Part shown: piece after piece, positions 12,201 to 26,000 of the stretch | Layout: each line of letters opens with the position of its first letter | Position numbering within the stretch: position 1 is the stretch's first letter | Assembly: GCA_977016875.1 (NCBI GenBank) | Contig: CDRNST010000038.1 | Coordinates: 2,852,001 to 2,916,000 of the forward strand | Reading direction: 5' to 3' | DNA length: 64,000 nt | From: Pavona decussata | Taxonomy: Eukaryota | Program-made: the position numbers and the translations under genes | The notes under the pieces: generated by a model | Told to the model about the DNA's origin: nothing | The model's database searches: none | Seen by the model: only the letters and a program-made list of their open reading frames with translations

Positions 12201-15200
12201 TCTCGTTCGTCCCTTCGTTCTTTCGATCGTCCGTTCGTTCGGTTGCTCATTCATTATTTCTTAAATATTTCTGACATTCATTTGTTCGTCAAATGCCCAT
12301 TCTTTCATTCACCCCTTCTCTTTCATTTCTTTGCTCATGCGAATGACGCTTTACGTTCATCCGTTTGTTCCTTTGATCGCTCATATCGTTCATTACAAAG
12401 CAGAGCCTGTTTCCCGAGTTACCCAGATTTTGACCAAATCTTCAGCCTGACCGACATCGCAAACACTACCTTACCTGTGTTTTTCTTGTGTAATGGTCTT
12501 CCACGTAAATATCCCTGGCAAAGCCAAAGTCAGCGACCTTACAAACTTTGTTTTCGTCGATCAAAACGTTTCTAGCAGCGAGATCTCTGTGAACAACCTT
12601 CATGCCAGACAAATGAGCCATGCCTCTCGCGGTCTGTATAGCAAATGATAACAGGTCCCTTGAGCCGAGCTTTTCAACGGGTACTTTGTATAGATCTTGA
12701 TAGTATTTGTCTTCCACTCCTCGGCAGTGGCGAAGGTAGCTCTGGAGGTCACCGAACGCACAGAATTCCACTATGACCATCAGAGGCTCTGTTTTTTTTT
12801 TTAATGAGAAAAAAACGTCATATAACATTTGACTCAAGCAATTGACTATTGATAATGCGAGGCCGAGGACGAGGAGTTGAACTCGGGACTATCAAGAAAA
12901 AAACTCCGAGTAGTACGAAATACGAAACTAGTAAGAAACTCCAACTTGTTTGAAATCTGAAAGTATGACTATATCACCTTATGCTACTGATTGCAGACTG
13001 GAAAAATGTAGAACGCGAACATTCACGTGAAAGCTGCAGAGCAGTGCTTTTTTTCTGTGTTGCTGTTCGGTCATAGAGAAATTTAGAATTACATTTACGC
13101 CAAACGGCAAACGACAGAATGATCACGTGACCACGCTTACCCGATATTTGCCGCTCGCTGTTTTCAGTTTCTCAGTAAAATTGAGTTGTTTTGTGTTAGC
13201 ATCAAAGGACAATTATTTTGCACCATTTTCATCTATGTACTTATTTTCACAAGAAAACATAAACGCAAACCCCACGTTTACCGTTACCGTAAACGCGACT
13301 CTTAATCTCTCTCTCTATCTTCAAGTATGTGGATAGCATCCTTGCTTGAGAGCATTAAAACGTTAGCCTGTTTAGCAGTACGTTACTGTGGTGCTGCTCA
13401 TTGTGCTGTGAAGGTGGCCCTAACTTTTCAGTCTGTAGATCAAGTCTTATAGCGTGGCTATTCCAAAAAAAAAAAAAAAAAAAATAGAGCAATCTTGCTT
13501 TACGCTTAAAACAAAACGTATAGGAAAGGGCTTTGGAAATCGCTAGAGTCCCAAGAAAAAATCTCCTGAATACACCGGAAGACCATTCCTTGGAGAATAT
13601 GGCCTCTAACCATGGGCACATGAAATGCAACGGCTTGACAAGAAAACAGACCTTGTCTTGTACAACAGCCCAACAATCCAATAACGTTCGGATGAGGATC
13701 AATAAGCTTGAGTAGCTCCAACTCCGCTATTAGGTCTCTTCTGGCCGTTTCACTGTCACATTCTGATTAAAACATAAGAAAAGGAAGTCAGAAATGCTGC
13801 AAGGAATGGTTTAAGACACTAATGACAGACGAAGAACATTACAAATCAATGGAGAGCACAAATAGCATCATATTCAACCTGCGCCAAGCAGCTGCAAATT
13901 TTCATAAATTACATGAGAACCTGCGTTTACCAATTAAAATTTAAATGAGTTGCGTTTGTGTAGCCTCCATCGCAGGCGCAGGCGCTCTTTTTATTCGTCA
14001 CGCAATCTTTCCTCCTCAACAAAATGAAAAGAACGATAGGGGAGGAAAGATAGATTGCGTGACGAGCTAAGGGTGGCTGAACGACAGAAAACCGTGTATT
14101 GTGAATTTAAGTGTGATCAAAGATGATCGGGTTTCGGTTATTTTTTGCGGTTACTTTTATCACTGAACCAATTTAAAGTCAAGATTAAACCAATTATGAC
14201 TTGATCACACGCATTTTTGCGCGCTTGGCGTTTTTTAGAGGTTTCTGGAGCCCTATTCACGAACGGCCCTTCTGAGTTCAGATGTATCCTTAGTATTGCT
14301 TATAAAAAAACAGTCTATTGTTGGAATAACACTAAACAGTAGTATTTTGCTAAGTGGTAATACTTGGTATACATGCATCTTAGCTTGGAAGGGTTTCCTG
14401 AATATGGCCCCTGTTTGTAGGTTATAATGATTGCTTTCCTTTCGGTCTTACAATACGCAATCGAATCCTTTCTAGATGCGATCCATTGCTAGTGCTAACC
14501 GAACAGATTCACAAGAATCTTTCTGGCCCAGAAAAAACGGCATGAAGCGCTTTTTAAAATCTTACCTTTGACAATCTTTACCGCCACATACATTTTGCCC
14601 ACGCATCCTTTAATGCCCTGCGCCTGACCTTTCATTACTAGGCCAAACGCGCCAGATCCCAGCACCACTTGCAGGTCCACCCTGTTGCGCGGGAATTCCC
14701 AGGGACTGTTGGATAACGAGATGGCCTCAGCTCCTTGGGGCATATCCGGCTGCTGGGGGAGGGGGATGTTGGGGATGTGATGATGATCGTTCAATAACTG
14801 CGAAATAAGAATAAAAACAGGTGTGAAGTTGAGGACATTTGACTTTTTTAACCTCAAAGGGAACCTCCACTCTGACAACAAACTTTGACGTTGCATTGTT
14901 GGAAACGTCTAAATTCTAAATTTTAGTTTGAAAAGTAGAAATAACATTCAAGTGTGCTAAAAATTTGATTCGATTATCGTCTATTTTCGCTTTTAAATTT
15001 CCTAATCTCCCAATCCTCAAAAAGTGCTTCTTCACGTAACACTATCGTGAGTTTGGATAGTGTATCAATGCGCGTTAACAACCGTGACTAGTTTGGCACT
15101 AGTTTGGTAAATACTAATGCTTTCTATTTATTTGGAAAGTAGCCCATGGATAAATCACCATGTTTTCATCGAGTTAAAGAAACATGGATTTTGACCAAAC

Positions 15201-18200
15201 ATTCTTGCAGTAATTGCCAATTAGCTGCCGATCCCTACACAATTGAGCTAAATTTCCCCCCTAGATTTCACGTTCTTTTCTCACCGAAGTCATTTCAGCT
15301 TGTTCCTGTTGACTAGTTGGTCGGCTGTTGACCGGCGTATTTGCCGGCGGTGTGCTGTTCTTGTGGATTTTTCTGACGAAGCAAATCACGCAGATGATGG
15401 CGATTAATATCACTAAAAAGGCGCCACCGACTCCGGCAATCAACAAGGTCATGTCGCGAGATAGTCCCATGAAACCTTTAGAGGACTGAGCACTGGTGTG
15501 GGATTCTGAAACAAAGAGATACGAAATGTAGTCAAAAGTTAGAACTCTTTCTGTCTTTCTCTCTTTCTTGTCAATCATTTTTAGTACGGTGAAGGGATCC
15601 AAGACGTAGCACAGTAACTTGAATGCTATGACAGGTTGCTTAACGAAGTCCCTAAACGTTCTCAGAATGTTAAGGGGACATTAAATGGTGTGCCGCTAGC
15701 ACTAATGACAAGAATGATGGATCAGAGAATTAACTCTGCAGTGTATGTTAAAGTGCTAAAGTCGATCCGTGAATTTCCCACTGAACGTTACCGTATTTAC
15801 TCGAATAAGCGCCGCCCTCGGTTAAGCGCCGCCATGGAGCGGAAGGGTCATTAAAATAAGCGCCGTAGCTCCGTTGCGGCGCTTATTCGAGTATTTCCAT
15901 AAGATGAGCAACAGTCAGGACATTCACTCGATGTCGGACATCGAGTGAAGAGTTGTTGAAAACCTGCAGAAAAGTATTGACGAGGCTGTTATGAAAGCGA
16001 AGACTTAGGTTAGCTTGAAGTCGGTAGTCCATGAAAAATTACTCATGAAGTAAATTAATTTCTACAATCAAAATGTTCTGTCTTTGTGGTATGAGCCTTT
16101 TAAATAAGCGCCGCGCTCGAATAAGCGCCGCACAGGAGACACGAAAAATTAAATAAGCGCCGCGGCGCTTATTCGAGTAAATACGGTAACCCTAGTAAGG
16201 AAATGGGAGACTGCGCGAGACAAAGACAAAAATCTTTGACCTCGGCGGAAGTAGAATCCACGGACTCCGGATTTGATCGTCCGTTGCTTTACCAACTGAG
16301 CTATAAGGCCAGACGGGAGAAAGTCGTGGGTGACTATGGTAATAATTGCAGTAATGTAGGATCCAAGGAATGTTGAACACAATGAATCTCAGAATGTTAA
16401 ATTATAGAAGACAAGAACGATCCTTACGGCAGTCAGTAAAAAGGACGAAAACAGAATTTACCCTATTGATTATTTCTGTGTCAACCCTATTTTGTCTGAG
16501 TCAAAGGGGGCTCCGCCACAAGCTTCAAGAGCATTACGTCCTAAATGGGACGATGATGTCACATGTCGCCGGAATTTCGCCATCTTGGATTTCTCGATTT
16601 CTTAAAACCTCAGACGTCAACCGTCAAAATTGACTCAAAAATAATCGAAAACCAGTAAATAAACGCTAAAAGGATATAAATATCACAGCATTGCGAAGAT
16701 GATTCTCAACAGATGCCTGGCCAAACTTTGCTGGCATGGAAACAACATGTTTCGTGAACAATGATATAACATACCAAACTTTTCCCAGATAGACTTCGGG
16801 AAAAATTACAAAGGGTTGTCTTAGAGCGGTTTCCAATTGACTGTCGTAAAACCAAAACCAAAGTAATTATTCTGGATGAACAGATGTAAACAATGCAACC
16901 AGCCAATCAGAATTCGAAGCAAATACATGTAACTGGCGCCAAGCGCGGGAAAACGGGTACGGCCAAAACACGATTGGCTCTGGTTTGGACTCCCATTGGT
17001 TGAGAAAGTGGCGCGAGTTTTGTTAACCAATCACAGAGCTTAGTAATGAAAAACAAAACCAAACGCGGAATTACTTTCGACACTCAATAGAAAATCGCTC
17101 TGTTACAAAACACCTCACATACCCGCTTTACTGGTCTTAGCCAGATAGGTCGAACTAGGGGGACTGGTGCCCAGGCTATTTGTTGCTAGGATACGGAACT
17201 TGTAGTCGGTGTTGGACTTAAGATCCATAATTGTGTACTTGACTCTGTTTGGCGGTTTGATTTGAATCTCTTGCCATCTACTTTCTGATTCTTCTTTGTG
17301 CTGCAGCTTTAAAGCGATCAGTTCCAGGCCCCCATTATCTCCAAACTTCCATCTCACTACCGCGCTTGATACGCCCGCCTCTACGTCGATAATGGTTGGG
17401 CTTTCTGGGGGAGCTGAGGAGTGAAAAACCAGAAGTTTTAAGAGCAATACGACCGAAATGGGAGGAAGATGTCACATGGCGTTACAATTACGCCACCTTG
17501 GATTTCTTAATTTCTTTAAAACTTCAGATAACCGTCAAGATTGACTCAAAAATACTCGAGACCTGTAAACAAACGCTTAAAGGGTACAAATATCACAGCA
17601 TTGCGACCATATGCTTGAAATAACATTCTCAACAGATGCCTGGCCAAATTTTGTTGCCATGGAAACATCATGGTACGTGAAAAGTGATATAAAATATTAA
17701 ACTGTTCCCAGATATACTTCGGGAAAAATTACAAAGGTTTGTCTTATTACAAAACGACTCACATACCTGCTTTACCGGTCTTAGCCAAATAGGTTGTACT
17801 AGGAGGACTGGTGCCCAGGTTGTTTGTTGCTAGGATACGGAACTTGTAGTTGGTGTTAGACTTAAGATCCATAATTGTGTACTTGACCCTGTTTGGCGGT
17901 TTGATTTGAATCTCTTGCCATCTGGTCTCTGATCCTTCTTTGTACTGCAGCTTTAAAGCATTGAGTTCTAGGCCCCCGTCATCTCCAAACTTCCATGTCA
18001 CTACTGCGTTTGATACACTAGTCTCTACGTCAATAATAGTTGGGCTATCTGGGCGAGCTGCAGTTGCGTGGGAAAAGAAAATAAAAAAAAAGTGAGCAAT
18101 AACGCGTGTACAAACCACTGCTGTCTGTTACTAATAATAACAACTAATTACATGCAGCAGGGATGGCGCAGTGGTGAGAGTGCTCGCTTCCCATCAATGT

Positions 18201-20023
18201 GGACCGGGTTCGATTCCCGGAGTTGATACCTTATGTGGGCTGAGTTTGTTGTTGGTTCTAGTGCCTGCTTCGAGGGTGTTTCTCCAAGTTCTCCGTCCCC
18301 CAACACTTCCAAATTGCGATTCAACTCTTGAGGGCCACTCAAATTAACCTCGAGTTACCGTGGTGCTACCCTCACTTAACATTGCTACTATTATTTTTGC
18401 GCATCAAGTTCTGAAAACAAAACTTACTATTTCCCGTCAGTGAAATCTCCGCTGTGTCCCTGCCTAATGTATTCACCACCTCACAGGTGTAGGTCGTCCA
18501 GGATTCTGTTGTAACGTCCTTGATTTCAAGAGTGCTTCGACTCGTTACGTTACCCTGTACCGTTGTCACGCTGTGGCCGCTGATTTCTTCTCCCCTGCCG
18601 ATACTGAGCGTATCGTTGTTAGCGTCCTTCCAGGACCACGTGAATTTTGGCTCCGGATTCCCGCGAGACTCGCATATAACGCTGGCTTCCTCACCCACGT
18701 TAGCGTGGAACTTTCTTTTACTAAATATTCTGGGAGGTTCTAAAAAATAAAACAAGCAACAGACCATATTATTATACAACATACGGCAACACTGCCCAAA
18801 AATGGTCATGGTGCCCTGAATATTCGTTGTTCGTAGTCAACAGATATCCTACAATATACGTAATTTCGTGTGTCGGGGAGAAAAATGGCAAAATAAAGAT
18901 CGTCTACAGCTTTTCTGCAATAAAACTGTGCCTCGTTATCGATGTGCTGAATAATAAAACAATTATCCTGCTCAATCGTATTGAAAATAAAAAAAAAACT
19001 TATGGAATATCCCCAGATCTCAGCCAGGCCTCGTCGGCTAAGTATCAGGCGATATTCCGCGCGATTTTCGCAGGATAATTGTTAATTATACGACTGAATC
19101 ATCTAAAGGGCGCGTGTTTTGTGTATGACCACGCGCGCGAGACTTGTCCGTGAAATCCAGTTAACTTAAACATTCAAACTGAAAAATGCCAAAGCTACGT
19201 TACCAAAGACAGTGACAGTAAAGCTTGTGCGATCCGTGCCGAGCTCGTTGGAGGCTATACAGATATATGTTCCAGTGTCCTCAGATGAAGCCTTTTTTAT
19301 GAGCAATGTTCCATTGGCCTCCCAACTGATCCTGTCCTTTGGAAGCTGTCCATTAACTTTCTTCCACGTCACCTTTGCCTTTGGAAACGCGCTGACGGTG
19401 CAGTCGAGCAGGAGATCGCGTGATTGTGTGGACTGAGTAATATTCAGTATGGGTGGAGTCGTGCTTCTGATTATGGGACGGGCTGAAAGATGACAAAACA
19501 TTATGCACTTGACAAACTTTTGTCAGTGAAAAGACTGCGTAAAGTTCTGGTTTATCAAATTCCCTTAAGGACAGTACCTACTAATACCGAAGTATTTCAG
19601 CGCAGTTTACTATGCGGGAAAAGCAGATATTAGCAAGGGTTATTGGAATCCAAAAACCAAATTGGGGTAACCACGCATTTTTTAGAGATAAATAATCAAC
19701 AATTATTCTAAAAAGCAGTAAAATACAAAGCAATACATGACGTTTTTTTTTTTTTCAAATTGAAGATTTATTATCTCTGAAAAATCCATGGTTACCCCCA
19801 ATTTTCTTTTTGGATATCAAAAGCATTTGCTAATTTCTGCTTTCTCCACATAGTTTTAAACCACGCAAAAATATCCCTGTATTAGTAGGCACCACCCATA
19901 GGAAACCCGAGTATCCTGAGGTATGCGCAGTAACAAAAGTAGGCACCGTCTTGGACATCTGTGTTTAGAGTAGTGGCTCCCAAGAAGATCAATTGCCGGA
20001 TACGACTTCGTGCGTAAATAAGA

Positions 20024-20079
<56 letters not shown>

Positions 20080-23000
20080 GGGGAGTGATCAGGGGGTGTT
20101 GAGAGAAAAGTTATAAACGTGGAGATTACAAAATAAAGCAATTTCTGTTGTATTGATTTTTAATTTGGAGTGTGGGATTATAATCCCTGTTTACACTTCC
20201 CCCCCCCCCCCCCCTCCCTCTCTCCTGGATCAATAGCTAAACAGCAGAAAAACATTCAAATCAAGCAATGTCGTTGGAAACTTGATTCACGGGAAATGAA
20301 AATCGTCTGCGCAACAGCCTGCATTGAAAGATGAAGTATACGAGAAATCTCGAAAACATCTTGCGATCTTGAGACCTTCCTGGTTAGGTGCTGTTTGTTC
20401 GTTTTTGTTTTTGTTTTTTTTGTTTTTTTAACACGGATGTTCGTCATCATTCTGCAGCATATCCTTGCCAAGTTGCCATGAGTATCCCTGTAGCTGTCCT
20501 AAAGTCATAACGAATTTTATTCCAGTTGTATTCCTGAGGTTTGTGGCAAACTGGGTACTCTTTGCGTATTACGCGCGTACTAACCAAATTCCACATTTAT
20601 CGCCTTTTCACTTTATCACCACACAGACCGTTCTCGACATCATTGATCCTTTCAGTAAAGTGAGACATACGTAGTCTCCCTCGCAGCCGTTCAGTGTCTC
20701 GTCACGCAACGCTCCTCACCAGGAAGGAGCGTTGCGTGACGAGACAGAACGGCTGCGAGGGAGACTGGGACATATGCCGCACTGATATCAATCCTCAGGA
20801 ACACGGTGACAACTTCCATACAGGGGATACACGGGGAGGCCCCGAAAGGCCTGTCTTCTTTCCCTCGTAATTAACGAAAGAGTAGCAAAATTTTCGGAAG
20901 GGAACCGAAAGGGTAGAAAGCAAATCCAAGTATTAGAAAGGTTAGCAGGGTTGAAATTCCTGCCAGAAATTATGACGTGGTGATTTCGCTTGTCGCAGGA
21001 CAAAAAAGGACAAAGACATTTCTTTCGTTTTCTTGTGTTACGGCGCTTATGTGACCATTTTTGACGTAAAGGGAATTGTATTTATGAGCAGGTGACCACG
21101 GTGAAAGTTGGTGCATGAAAGTTTAAGAGATGGAACCTCAAGGTGGAGGTTTAAAAGTATGAAGTGTTGACCATAAAGTGTGGTTTTCACTAGCGACGCA
21201 AGCACAGGAACAAGAGCTTTATGTCAAGTGAAAGCGAACGCGACGCAAGCACAAGCGGAGGCAGAAGAAAAGGAAAACTTTTCATCCTTGTGATTGCGCT
21301 TGCACTTGTGCTTATGCTTGCGTCGAGGCCGTTCTCACTGTGAAGTAAGCACTCTTATGCTTCTGCTTGTGCTTGCACCTGTACTTGAGTCGCTAGTGAA
21401 AACCAGCCCTAACCCATCTTTATCTTTGTCAAGATGTAGCGATGATCCCCAAATGTTGAACTGATGTTCCAACTATTTGATAACAACGCTCAAATAAGTT
21501 GCTGTCAGAACATGATTAACGTTGCCAGAAATTGAAACCAAACGCAACAGTTTCTACTCAACTAACAAGAAAAAGGTAGATTTTTAACAGTGTCGAATTT
21601 CGACGGTATCTTGTTTGAAGAAAAAGCGCGCGAGGCTTAATTTACTTTAATTCTGTCAGACGTAGGTTTTAACTCCTCCAATTCGTTTTTGAGGTAAAGG
21701 TATATTCCCTCAATTACGTTTAAGGCTGTGGGTGAGCTTTCTAGGGCAGAGGATTTCTCGGATCTGACTGTTTGACTAAACACAATGGCCGCTGATTTGC
21801 TTCAATAGTGCGGATTGTCAGTAACATTGGGTCCACCTGTCCCCGATGGAACTGTTGTGGTCAAGATTAAAAAGTTGCCAGTCTTGTTCATTTTTCAGGT
21901 TTTGTCCTGTAGTTTAAAACAATGTTCCTTGGATATCGGTGCAAATTTCCCTAGAAACCTGTGTAATTCAATCTGAGGCCGGGAAATTGCTTGGGTAAGG
22001 AGGAGCCCAAATCATAAGTAGAAATGTTTTATGGTTGAGCACCCAGCCTTAGAATTGCATATCGCTTCCAAACGATAACTCTGAAAACTGAGAATGTATC
22101 TAGAAGCCAAACGCCGTGTTTAAAACAAAATGTTAAAAAGCTTGTCAAACAAAGTGGATTTACAAAATGACAGTTCCACGGTTTCGCTCTTGTAAGTGGC
22201 GCTTTGTGTTTCTATCGACCAAGATGACTATTTGTACCTTACAACGTCTGTTTGTAATCGGACTAAACTCACCTTTAACATAAAGCAGCACATTTTCTGT
22301 GGTGTTTAGAGGGCTGCCACCTGCAATAAACAGCGCACGGCAGGAGTAGTTTCCGTGATCATAGCGGTTAACCCTGTTGAGTTGAATGGAATGGCGTCCG
22401 ACCACAGAGATGGATCGCTGAGTGTATTTGGAATGCGAGCTTTGACTGACGGAGAAAATTTTCTTTGTTCCATTAAACCAGGACGTTTGATACCACATTC
22501 CTCCTTTGATCAAAGTATTACAGGGAAGGGTAACATTTTGACCTTCCCTTGTTGTGATGGTCAATGATGACGCAACAAACAGACCTGTAACGAAAGACAA
22601 CAAGAATTTCAAATCAACCTTTTAAGGTCCTATATTAACATGCATTTTTTCATCGCTGTTCTTGATACTCTTCTTATGAAACTAGTTGAGAGAATTTGTT
22701 AAATATCAAAACCATTTTCTCTACCCGGTATCTTTCAACTGAAGGATTACACTTCTGCCAATCACACAGTGACAATTTCAAAAGCTATATGAGCGGGGAA
22801 CGGGGATGGCGCAGTGGTGAGAGCACTCGCCTCCCACCAACTTGCTCGGGTATGTGGGTCGAGTTTGTTGTTGGTTTTTGCCCTTGCTCCGAGAGGTTTT
22901 TCTCCGGGTACTCCGGTTTTCCCTCTCCTATAAAACCAACATTTTCAAATTCCAATAGGACATTCTCACTATGGCGTCATTTGACTACAACTACCAGAAT

Positions 23001-26000
23001 CCTTCAGTTTTTTGTTTTCTCATGCTAATTAGAGCTATTGTTCTTTGCTCTCACTGGGATTACAAAATTTGAATTTGAAAAGGAAAACAAAATGAATTCT
23101 GGTAGTTGTAGTCAAATGACGCCATCATGAAAATGGCCTATTCGATCTCTCCAATTCGGTGCCCGTACTGCAAAGCGCATTTGATCACCACGTCATGGAA
23201 TTATGTGCTATACAAATTTACAAATTTACAAATTTAGTGACTTCGAGCGACATGACAAACAACACCACATGAAAGTACCTCTCAATTATAACAGTCAAAT
23301 TGTTACGCCTTCCAGGATTTTTCCCAGAACTAAAACGTTAGAACCACCTTGTGCAACATGATAGACAGAACAGCATTAAGATTACCACTCCATAGCTTTC
23401 GCCTAAATGGGTACGCTTTCGTATTTTTAATATTGAGAGTCTCGAAAAAGGTGAGCTGGAAATACCTTGAAACTACGCGATAAGCACCTGGGCGGAGGGG
23501 GGAGGTGGGGGGAGGAAGGGGGTTTTACTTTCTATAATAAAGTATTCGAGAAGGCTCTGCCCGAAAGAGGTCCCTTTTTCAGGCTGGAGAAATACAAAGC
23601 TAGCTGAACTCTAGAAAGGGAGAGTGAAAATTGTCATTTAGGTGTTTTTAAAGGACCTTTCAAAATATCTCGAACAGACTAACCAAAAGAAATGCAGTTT
23701 GTCTGTTGTAGGTATGTGAAAGGGAGACACGATTTCCTATGGAAGGTATATGAAAAAGTTACCTTTTTTGTCAAAATGGTGTATAAAGGGGAAAGCGTTG
23801 GATCTTAGGACGGAACCGCCCTATATTCTCCCCCTCCCCCTCCCCCCTTCACTCCTCCGAGCATAAGCAGCAATACGTGATCAGTGGAACTAACTGCTCG
23901 ATAGCTTTCGTTCGAATGATTACAATTTAGCATTTACTCACAGACTCGTACAAATATAGAACTCCCAGTATAAATAGCTGCATTTTCGTATAAATAGTCA
24001 CACTAGACACACTAGCCTGAGTATCAGGCTTTTCATCTTTTCATAGGGGGAGGGAGGGGGACGCCTCCTCCCCCCTCCCCTTAGGAAGGCCTAATGCTCA
24101 GGTTATAGTCACACTGTATGTTTTCACCCGAGAAAAAAGGTTACAATGAGCATCTACAACATAATTCGCCAAACCTCTCAGAAAAGAACATTTCAACTGG
24201 TGTGCTCTGACCTAAGTCCCCATCCAGGGGCCTCTCCATGAAAAGCCCAGAGGGGTTTTGTTGAGAGCCACTGATCCTCAATATTGTAGTGACATCACTG
24301 TCAATGTTATTATCAGGAGCAAATAACCAACCAATCTATCAATAAGTCCATCGAAACTTTATGAAAAAATTCCAAACGGCAATCAGATGTTTCCCGTTAA
24401 CTTAAACATCTGTTTATCACTCGCATTTATCTATCCAATTTGCTCTCGAAGTTTAGTTTACAGATCCCTTGTATTGAAAAATCAAATAAATGATAACTTT
24501 ACCACCGCGGGGCAGCTGTGTGATTACAATCGAAAAATCCTGCATGTATAAAAATTTTAAAAAGCCAATAAAACCAACGTTTGCAGTTCTATTGGTAGAT
24601 AGATGAATGAAATAATTGATAATTGTTCAAGTTGTAATAAAAACCATACACCAGCATTTGCCACTCCAAAGATGTTTGACTATTCAGCACCTTACAAAGG
24701 ACAATCTTGAAAACGTTTAACTGGCGTGCACGTTTTCAAAAATGTTGTAACGAGAAACCAGAGAACGGTCTCAGTATTTCTCGAATTCTGTACTTGCCAC
24801 TTAACATACCATGTTCCTCTTATTATTTAATGTGGGTGAATGATCGGAATATATCGCGGTCACGACCTTTTCCGATATTAAGATTTCTGATGTCTTCTGA
24901 AAACCTTGATACGCCGAAAATACAAATTAATCAGGATATGGAAAATATAAAATCAAAATAAATGGAATGGTGAATGTGAGAGGGAAGTTCGTGGTTTCCA
25001 ATTTCGTGAAATAACGGACTTTGTCATACTCGTGTGATATAGAAATCACGATGCTATCTCCTTCGTTAGTTTATACATCGTGCAACAATGTCAAATTTAT
25101 GTCTTTTATATCGCTTATGAAAACACAATTCAGATTTCATAGGCGATACGCTTTCGGGAGATGAACGCAGCTTGGGTCTGTTACCACACTATGAGAGTTC
25201 ACTGGTCTAACACAGGGTTGGCTCTAACGCGGCCACAGGGAAATTGTTCGCAATTACAACAACGAAGTTAACGCTCGCTTGCAGGAGTGATTAATTTGTT
25301 AAAATGACCACCACAGAGTATCGGAGGCAGCAATTTACAAAAAAATAAAAACTAACTAAAAAGTTAAACTGTGTCAAATTGTGCCAAAGGAAAAGCCACA
25401 AATGGAAGTCATTTTTTGGAAATACGTTCGATGTTGTTCAAAGGTCGCTCAGAAAACAAGAAAAATAAATAGAGGTTAAAATCGAACCAATTGTTATTGC
25501 AGCTCAACGAAACTTAATAGCGAGGAAACGTTGTATACTTAGAAGCTACAAATAGCTGTTTTCAGCGACACTAGTCGCAAAAAACTGATTTTGATTTATT
25601 GCCAAACAGAGATGGAGTCTTTAATTGCTAGTTTTTGCTAAATACTTAAATAATAGCCTTTCCGGTTTAGACGCCATGGGGCTCTAGCTGAGTCTGATCT
25701 ATGGTTAAAATCCTAAAGAGTTATAATCCTTCAAACGAAGGCCATTGAGCAGTACTTTACTGTGTACAAAGTGAATCTAAAGTTTCAGTCTGCAGATGCA
25801 ATTCTTAATTGTGATCTTTCATTTAGAAAGTTACTTCAAGCCATTTTTTCCCGCTGAGATGCTCTTTATAATGATGCACTCAAGGCGGTTCCGTTTGTAG
25901 CCATGAATAGAAAGCTATTCCATCGGAACGCTTTGAGGTCGTTGCTGCTCGTTTCTAATAATCTGGAATTTGATTTCCTGCGTTCGAAATTTGGTCCAAC

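Noticed and set aside
21500-22010. Possible decayed FN3 pseudo-exon on the minus strand (APPYPSN.., KF, NYRTK..QDWQ fragments)
   Set aside because: Needs several frameshifts and stops and has no AG acceptor; cannot be distinguished from chance without an HMM search.
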